A stretch of 32,278 nt of DNA from Intoshia linei (taxonomy: Eukaryota; Animalia; Orthonectida), in assembly GCA_001642005.1 (NCBI GenBank), contig LWCA01000328.1:1-32278 (forward strand), written 5' to 3'. Position numbers and translations under genes: made by a program. Under the pieces are notes generated by a model. The model had not been told where the DNA came from. It saw only the letters and a list, made by a program, of their open reading frames with translations, and did no database searches. Below, in pieces: positions 23,801-32,278 of this stretch; within the stretch, counting starts at the first letter, position 1, and each line of letters opens with the position of its first letter.

Positions 23801-23985
23801 AAAGTCGGCTCGGCTGTAAAAAAAATAAATATATTTAAAATTTCACAATACCGCACTTTGCTACTGTTTTATACCATGAATGTATTTATAAAGACTTACT
23901 CTTTATTAACTTTTACTTCCTCATCAGAGTATTCAGAAGATTCGTAAGACGATTCATCACTAGGTGCGGCAAAAAACTTGGACAT
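17807..23985 (-). CDS. EIF3C: Eukaryotic translation initiation factor 3 subunit C
   Basis: 13 exons. Begins MSKFF followed by an acidic/Ser tract, then KRVVKSHKDKR, LRQK, LLMSHLQHSI, QVMYNRALVQFAL, RIKELLSQG, LPYHLHINLE, and a PCI end AKMILNDEISASLDQP. Confidence 0.96.
18229..18406. mobile_element. Degenerate hAT-like MITE in the last eIF3c intron
   Basis: Ends cagggtttctca ... ttgaaaaccgct. Confidence 0.45.
18797..18965 (+). mobile_element. 5' fragment of the Helitron family in an eIF3c intron
   Basis: A|TCttaacttatataaaat...tgtgtgtc...cagttttt.ccgg...atttcaa...catctt...aaaaaccca is colinear with 5845-6020. No 3' hairpin/CTAG terminus was found. Confidence 0.7.
22149..23048. mobile_element. 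Non-autonomous TIR element with internal tandem arrays in eIF3c intron 2
   Basis: 28-bp TIRs ggtctcactaaacagtgaatcacagtaa / ttactgtgattcactgtttagtgtgacc (27/28 match), with subterminal repeats of the same motif. No TSD evident. Confidence 0.8.
22630..22925. repeat. ~29-bp minisatellite (aaggttggtaaaa.tggatttttcctt), about 10 units
   Basis: Directly visible tandem units. Confidence 0.9.
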
Positions 23986-24129
23986 TGTTTTAAATTAATT
24001 AAATTTACTAAGTTTTCTGTTGTAAAAATTTAACGATAAAATATAAACAATTTGTTTCTATGACTATTCTTGGATTTATCAATTTATTTAATTTAAACTT
24101 AACTTTGTTTAATTAACACAAATTGTGAA

Positions 24130-26607
24130 ATGGGTATTACTGATGTCATAATTGAATATTTGTATAATTTTCGTTCATACATATCGAAATATCAATTTTC
24201 AATCGGATTTTTGACTATATCGACCATTTTATGTAAATTGATTGCACTCAAATTGAAAAGACGGGATAATGCTGTAAATCGTTTGTATTATTCCAATGTA
24301 CTTATTACTGGCGCGTCGTCGGGGTTAGGGAGAGGTAAATTTTACAAAGAAAATTTCTAATCGACAATTATTTCTTGTATTGACATTTTTGAACTTGTAT
24401 AAAGTATATTTAACAAAAATTCATGTTGCATGTTACAGATATAGTTGTAATTATGGGTTTATTAACCAATCCATATTTAATTGAGTTGTTTATTAATTAA
24501 ATCTATTTTTTTAATAGTTAAGAATCATTGTAATGTTAATGTTCTATTCCTTTACATGTAAGTATCATGGTACCAACTGGTACGATAAAACGATAAGTTT
24601 AAATTTTAAAGTTCACCTATTTAATTTTTGTTTTTAAACAAAAAAATTGAAAAATGATTAGTGTAGAAATAATACCTTTTTTCTGTGAAATAGTTGATTT
24701 TTTTTGTTGTAAAAGTAAATCAAGTAAAGTCGTGTAACTAAACACATTGAGTATGTGCGATTTAGATATAATGTATGGATGTGTCGTTTAATTATAAAAA
24801 ATAGAATTGGCCAAAACTATGTACCGTTTAAAGTGTAATTTGATTTTAACTTCTCGAAAAGAGGATAAATTGATAACCCTTCGAGATCAATTAAAATCAG
24901 AATACCCAGAAATCGACACAGGTAAAATTATTCATTTTATTACAGCTTTCATGCATATATTACTGTTTATTTGAAATGTTCCACATAAAAGTTAAATTTA
25001 TAATTTTAAAAATAATAGGACCACTTTTTTGGAATGATTAAAAGTGATTATATCCGTGAAAAATTAACTTTTAAATAACGTTTAGAGCAGTGGTTCTCGA
25101 TTCAAATAGTGTACCGACCCCCATTTCAAAATATTTATTTTTTTTGGACCCCAAAGGAAACATTAAATATAAAACATTTGAAAAAACTAAAGGTTTTTCT
25201 CATAAGATTTGGTAAAATCGAAAAAAATATTGGAAAAAAGGGATTTTTCCTTAAGGATTGGTAAAGTTAAATTTTTTATATTGTGGTTGGATTTAGTGGC
25301 CTTTTCAAAAAAATATTGGTAAAAGTCGATTTATTCTTGGGTGTTTGAATGTCAATATTCTTTATATATATTATATATTTTATATATATTTATATCTTTA
25401 TATTCTTTTAACACTTATGGCACTGTAAATTTTATTAATGGTGGAATAAAAGTGGAATTAAAGATAATAATGTAGCGTTCGTATAGGCTTTGGGATAATT
25501 TCCAAACGTCTTGGAATTCTGTAATAAATATTAAAAATTTTTGGTATAAAAATAAAGAAAAGTTGATAAAATTTTTTTATTATTTTATTTGAATCTCACG
25601 GACCCGAAACATATAGTTTTGAACCTCTAAAGAGTCCAAGGAGCCCAATCGGGAAACACTGGTTTACTGCTACAGATGTAATATAATTGAGACTAATTGT
25701 TTAGAAATTCGACTAATGGAACTGGATCTAGAATATGAAGAGTCTATCAATCAGTTTTTGTCGAAATTAAAAAATACTCAAATAGACGTTGATATTCTCA
25801 TAAACAATGCAGGTGTACGGGTTCGTTCAGATACTCAGTCCGTGTCACTTGAATTGGAGAAAAAAATAATGCAAATTAATTATTTTGGACCCAGACAATT
25901 AACGTTGGGTTTTTAGAAACTTTTAAAATAAACTACAAAAAATTAGGTTTTCTCAAATTGATTCAAAATAGTTACATGAAAAGATTCATTGTTATGATTA
26001 ATTCCATTCAAGGAATATCTGCAGTTCCTTATCGTGGACCATGTATGTTTTATTATAATTATTTTAATTTGTCGTTTTAATGTTCTTTTTAGATTGTGCA
26101 TCTAAACATGCCCGTTTGTTTTTATTTTTTAATTTTTTATCTGTCTACTTTAATTCTTTCTTAGTTAGAGCTTTTACTGATGTACTAAGGGCTGAAATGC
26201 ATTGTACACATTCTCATATCAATATACAAAGTATTTATCCCGGGAATATTTCAATGCCGGAATCTTATCCTCAATATGCATTTAATGGTTGTGGAGATTT
26301 AATTGAAGGTACATACTAATTCATGGTCAAATAACAAGTATTAAGGGACTACTAGTTTCTTTAAATATAAAATTTCGTTGTGGACTGGATAAATTATTAA
26401 TTCATAAAATTTATTTTCTGATTAGTCAACAATTCTAAAAAAAGGGCTATAGCGGTGGATCAAGTTGCTCGTCGTATCTTTGAATCAATTGTACAACAAC
26501 AACATGAATGCATTATAGCTCCATTAACAGTCAGATTGTTTTGTTATTTCCGAAATATTTTCAATGATATGATGATCAATTTTCAACGCAAGGAAGCTTT
26601 GAAATAA
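24130..26607 (+). CDS. DHRS7B: Short-chain dehydrogenase/reductase, DHRS7B-like
   Basis: 7 exons. N-terminal hydrophobic anchor, TGASSGLG, DILINNAG, INYFGP, NSIQG, catalytic YCASK and AFTDVLRAEM. Stop TAA at 26605-26607. Confidence 0.88.
25088..25661. mobile_element. hAT-like MITE in DHRS7B intron 2
   Basis: TIRs cagtggttctcgatt / aatcgggaaacactg, with a degenerate 8-bp TSD gtttagag / gtttactg. Contains decayed units of the 29-bp satellite. Confidence 0.75.
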
Positions 26608-26734
26608 TCATATTTTTTATTCTTTTAAAAAATCCATGTTATTATAATATAAATTATAAAAAAATTCGTAAAGTTTATATTCATTGTTTATTCATGTACC
26701 GCTTATGTTGTCTCATTCAAGTTCAACTCATTAA

Positions 26735-27005
26735 AAATTATATAATATGAACATATTTTTTACCAATCTCACATTTTTTTACTGGACTTAAACGGGAAGG
26801 TTTTTTAAATTTTTTTGACCAACTCTTGAAGTGGAATTTTCAGGAGTAATCAAGTAAAAATAAAAACCTATTTTTAATTTGAAAATTCCACTTCAAGGGC
26901 TTGATTAAAAATCTTAACAAACCCTCTATTTTAAGGTTTGGTAAAAAAATAAACTGAAAATTTTCGATTGACATTTTAGTTAAAAATGTTCATAATATAT
27001 AATTT
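26735..27005. mobile_element. Foldback (long inverted repeat) element
   Basis: Outer arms aaattatataatatgaacat / atgttcataatatataattt. Inner perfect 18-bp pair cttgaagtggaattttca / tgaaaattccacttcaag. Confidence 0.7.
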
Positions 27006-27416
27006 GTATATTATTAAAATTGAGACTTATTTACCGTTTCCCTTCGGTTAACACAATTGTGTGCGTTATATTCGTATATATCTATTTATTTTGTACATAT
27101 ATAACGTAAAATAGCTTAAAATGACCGTCTGTAACCATAGATTTCAACCTCGAAAACCAAGAATGACTCTTATTTAAATAATCTGAATTTAAAGGCCCTA
27201 ATAAGACAAGTTTGGAAACCTCTGATTTAAAGGATACGTAAAAGTGAATGGTAGTACTAGAAAACATGTTTGGTATTAGATGTTTTTACATAGAATTCTA
27301 TTCACTTTTTTAGTAAAATTAAAAAAGTCAAATCCAGTCAAGGTTTGTACACATACATACTACAGTATAATACCTTCAATATGAGATAACATAAATAATG
27401 ATTTAATAATGATAAA

Positions 27417-30400
27417 TCAATCCAACTCTTCAATTAAACATTTGGTTATAGATTTTTTTAAACATTTTTCATTTTGATTCGTTATTTCATTTTCTTTTTT
27501 TAAAGTCACAAATGCTTCAATAGGAGAAGTGTATGTTTTCTGATCATTTTTATTTTCACAGATTTTTAAAGTTACAATTTCTGAGTCAATTGATTCAGAT
27601 TCTAAAGTAAATATTTTAAATTGTACAAGTATTCATTTATTATAAATGTATAATATACTATAATTATACTAAGTGTATAAAAGTTACTAAAGTGAGTATA
27701 CCTTTTTCAAAAAAAGTATTAATTGAAATTAAATCCATGATTAAATTTAAAAAACCAAATAAAATATATTTGTAAAGTTTTGTAAAAAACAATTATCATA
27801 ATATATTTGATTATTATTATCATAATTACATTATACAGACCCGTGAAAAAGTTTTAGGCACCCCCTTTAAGCGGCTATATTACAATAACGATATGTCGAA
27901 TCTTCTTAAAATTTTGGTCAAGTGATTAAAATTCATAGATAATTATGTGCCGATTAATAAAATATGTAAAATGTACTCCACTGTATTCCACTTATTGGGT
28001 TGATAAAGTAAATTATTCCAAATTAAAAATATAAATTAATTTCATTTTTTTAGTCAAAATTTAAAAAATAAAAATATTTTTTTTAAGAGCTCTGATATTA
28101 ATTTTAGCATCTCGGTTAAGAAAGTCTGCTGTATGTGACCAGATTTATATTAAAAAAATCGTAGGCTAGATATTTATATTTTTTTACATTATTATTATTT
28201 ATTTGAAGGGATTTATTTGTTATTTTTTGAACCAATAATCGTTATTCTCGACTGCAAATTTGCGTGGTCTTCATTTCTTTGGTTGATTAGTTAAATGTGT
28301 TTTTTTTACATTTCACGAAAAATAAAATTCACTGATTTTGAAATTTAAATTAAAATATAAATTTACCGGTTTGATTATTTTTATCAATTTTCTTTTTATT
28401 AAACAAACTAGAATCGACAGATTCAATTTCAGTCTGACAATGGCCATCCAGAGAAGATTTCAATTTTGAAAATTCAAAATCCATTGATTTGTCTGGTATA
28501 AAATTAGATGAAATTGATTCATTGATTTCTTTTTCTGTCGCTAATTGATAAATATATAATAAATAAAATTTTAAATACTCAGTGCGCATTTTTCATCACA
28601 AATATTTAAATTCATTTTTGAATTTAAAGAGGAAATTGAAAATTGAGATTCTTTAGATTCCACTGACACATTTTCACTTAAATCCAATTTTTCATTGTTA
28701 AATCTTTCTTCAATACTTGACAAATCATCATTTATACTTAATTCAACATTTACGTCCCAATCTAAATTTTTTGATTAAAATAGTACCGAGAAAAATTAAT
28801 GCGCCAATTTTTTTATATTTTTAAATACATTTTTTCGTTTACATGGTAACATATAATATACCTGTTATATTATTGGTGTAATTAATGTTTTTATTGTTCA
28901 ATGTTGTTACTGTCGGTAGGCATGCGTATCGAGTCTTACTTTAATATCTCAAGTTAATCTTTAACTATTTCAATGTAACAAAATTATCATTATTAAAAGA
29001 CATTTCTAATTAAACAGTTTAAAACATGACATTTGTTGGTCGAGTGATGATTGCAATTAACATCACACTATAGGCTTAGCCTGGATGGTAACACTGCAAA
29101 TTGTTATTTTATTTCGAAACCTTCACAGTCACAGGCCGACTGTACGATGCAACATGTCAGTGTAATTTTATAAAATTTAAGTAGTAATTTTTAAGGACTT
29201 TTATTTCATTATCATGTAGCGTTCATTTCGTGGTTAATACAATTACAAGGAATTAAGGTATTTTCATTTACATTAGCTAATTTATTTTGATCAATAAAAT
29301 CAATAATTTTTAATATTTTTAAGTTTATTACTTTTATTTTTATTTATTGAATCATTGATTTCAATGTCGTTTTCGTTGCACTAAATTGTATTTACAAAAT
29401 ATATATATTAATGTCTAGATTTTTACAGTTTTTCCGATCTGTTTAAACGAGGGTTTCACACAATGGGTCATATGATAACTGAATAGAAAGAACTATTGGA
29501 AATACCCAGTTGTCGCTAAATTTTTGGGTAAAAGGTGCTAGATCAAAACATTGTCAACCATTATATTTAATTCAAAATTTGTAATTTAAAAATTAATTAT
29601 ATACCTTTAACCAATCTACTTTGTCTTCATCAACTTGAGGATTTCTAATTCCCATATTTCTTAATCGCTGTTTTTCTTTTTCTATTGCAACTATTTTTCT
29701 GGTCCTTGTTAAGGCTAATTTTTAATGTATTAATTTAATGGTGACGTCAATACAGCTTGAATATGTTTGAAAAATATTGTGTTTTAGTGGCAGCCCTTTG
29801 CAAATAATTTGAAATGTTTTAATTTTTAATATTTTGAGTATTGATTTGTCATGTCATGAAAACCAATTTCAAAAGGATCCAATTTTAGCTCATTTGTGAG
29901 TGCAGTGATAACTAAATTAATGGTCAGCACACTACTCCGCGGGTATAAAAATTTCCGTCACTTTTCCAAAGAATTTTCTGAGTGTTTAAACTTTAAACAT
30001 TCGATTATCATAAAATCTGAAAAAATCTATTTGCAAAAATATTGAAATTTATTTCATATCTTAAAAGTAAAAGCATGTAAATAATCAATAACCTTCAACA
30101 GATTCCATTATCTTTTCCTGATCTGTTTTTATCCATTCAATGCGTCTTGCATTTTCTGCCTCCACACCACCAATATTCCTATATATTAATTAGTGAAATT
30201 TAAAATTTAAAAATTTTTTATTCCTTCTCTTTTTCCAGTATCCGCTAAGGCAATTTCTATTTTTCTGGACATTGAAAAAACACATTTAGTTGATTTTTTC
30301 ATTAACATATGTAATAAAAAGAAGTGGAAAAATTTATAAAAATTAAAAAAACAATTTCTCGGTTTTTGCTTTACAAAATTTAGAAACTTTGGATGAGCGT

Positions 30401-31728
30401 TTTAAAATTTTTTATGGAAACTACAAAATTTGTAGTGTAATACGAGGATTAAAAATAAAATGCTAATTATTTAGTGCATTTTTTAAGTTTGAAAAATGTA
30501 TACTTAAGTATATTTTCCAAATTTTAAAAATTACCAGGCTTCACAACATGCCCTTTCCTTAGGAAAAACTGGCCTTTCATCAAGATACGTCAAATTTTTC
30601 TAAATACATACATTACTAATGTATTACAAAACGCGGAGAGCCAATAGTGGCCCAGCTCAGATGAAAATAATGGCCCGTATACACAAAATAAAACATTTAC
30701 GGTCTGAGATGTTTATTAGTTTGGGAAGCACTGGGTTAAATATACATTTATAAGAGATTTTAAAAATCATGAATCATGAATCATGAATTATAATTATAAT
30801 TATTGATTACACATGACAACATTTTTACAGTTTTTAAAAAAATTCTGCTAGGTTTTATTTATAAACGGTAGACCGTATTGCAAAATGTATATTCTGAAAA
30901 ATAGAGGGAAATGTATATCCTAATTACAGTAATAATATCATATTAATATTGTTTTATACAAAGATTATTACATATTTTAAATTAAGCCAACTATTTTTGG
31001 GTAACTAATATTTTGTAAATACATAATTAAATATGGTGAATCTAATAAAACTATAAATATTTCAATTATAAAATTATCTTTTAAAAAAAAAAAGGGCAAA
31101 ATTTATTCTAATCATAGTTTTTTTACAGTGCAATCTACACCAGAAGACAAAAATATAACCTTATGACACAAAATTATTGATAATCCAGATTTTTTTTAAA
31201 TTAAGTTTTAATAATTAAAAAATAGACAAATTTTAAATCAACCATAAAGAATAATCATAACGCATGTTATACATTTTTTTAACTTTAACTTTTAATGGTT
31301 TCAGAGTAAGATTTTTTTGATTTTATTAGACGTAAGCCACAAATTAGACAATAATTATTTGATTTTATACAATAATGGTAATTCATTTGAAAGTTAATAA
31401 ACTTTATATATTACTTTAGTTGTATGTAACTACATAAATGCCAGTTATTAATATTAATAACTGAATATTAATTCATTTTTTTATCTACGAGATAAATTTT
31501 TAAAATTTTTTCAGGAATGTAAAAATGATAATTTATATTTATAAAAATTTGCATTTCTAGAAATATATTTAAAACCTGTACATTATTATTACTCTTATAT
31601 ACCATATACTATTTTAAAATTATATTAGACATTATAATCTTTTTTAAACATACCAGATTGATGATAAATCTTTTTCTATAAAATTTCATTTTATTCTTGA
31701 TTGGATTTTTCATTAAATATACGACTCG
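27417..31728 (-). CDS. DNAAF1: Dynein axonemal assembly factor 1 (LRRC50/ODA7), 3' portion; earlier LRR exons probably lie beyond the window
   Basis: Spliced exons give RVVYLMKNPIKNKMKFYRKRFIINL, KNLTYLDERPVFPKERACCEAW and NIGGVEAENARRIEW...KIMESVEAL (the LRRcap and conserved following segment of DNAAF1). An acidic tail ends LIEELD-TGA at 27417. Confidence 0.88.
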
Positions 31729-32109
31729 CTAAATAAATAGATTTAAAATTGAAAACGTAGGAAAATTTATAAAATAAAATATGCATGTATAATGATAAAA
31801 AATCAATGATAAATATTATTTACTAAAACTCTTAGAATTTAGAGTTTTAAATATTATTTAATTCTCCCAATGTACCTGTTTGTAATCAATTGGCATAAAG
31901 TAAATTTGATAACTTTTCTAATTGTATTTTTTCTTTACTTTCAAAAAATGATCCGAAAAACTTATAAACGGGTGCCCTAACTATTTAAAGGTTGGATACC
32001 GCTACAATACAGTGTTATTTTTTAAATAATTATTATTACAATGTATTATAAAATTAATAAAATTCGAAAAGATTATTTTTAATATAATTATCTAAGAGTG
32101 TCTACTTAA

Positions 32110-32278
32110 ATTCAACCATTTTTACTAAAAATCAAAATTTACCAACAGTAACAAGAAAAATTAAAGGAAAAATCCAGTTTTACCAATTTTTAAGGCAAAA
32201 ATCCGGTTTTACCAAACCTAAAAGGAAAAATTCTAATTTTACCAACCTTTAAAAGAAAAATCCAGTTTTACCAACCCT
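32110..32278. repeat. Same ~29-bp satellite in reverse orientation, running off the window end
   Basis: Units aaggaaaaatccagttttaccaa are the reverse complement of the 22630-22925 array. Confidence 0.85.

Noticed and set aside
27833-27870. TA-CAG...aaaaagttttaggcacccc resembling a Tc1/mariner TIR
   Set aside because: No convincing matching opposite terminus or transposase sequence found.
30766-30790. (atcatga)x3 tandem
   Set aside because: Trivial microsatellite.

Overview
This is very AT-rich, gene-dense eukaryotic (animal-like) genomic DNA with many short (about 35-50 nt) GT-AG introns, so the ORF track misses most real gene structure. Manual splicing gives, in order: a decayed Ty3/gypsy pol fragment (-); the 3' part of an unidentified multi-exon gene (+); a NEK6/7 kinase (+) with a complete non-autonomous Helitron in one intron; IBA57/CAF17 (+); cytosolic aspartyl-tRNA synthetase (-); a CANT1-type apyrase homolog with degenerate active-site motifs (-); eIF3c (-); a DHRS7B-like short-chain dehydrogenase (+); and the 3' part of DNAAF1/LRRC50 (-). 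Longer introns hold Helitron-related repeats, hAT-like MITEs, a TIR element carrying a ~29-bp satellite, and other remnants; a foldback element lies between DHRS7B and DNAAF1. DNAAF1 implies motile cilia. Composition and compaction would fit a reduced ciliated parasite such as an orthonectid, but this is inference only. I found no unambiguous novel system. The best leads are the probable pseudo-apyrase within a tight co-oriented eIF3c-apyrase-AspRS trio, the orphan gene, an unexplained GC-richer island at 8410-8600, and an intronic snoRNA-like hairpin.
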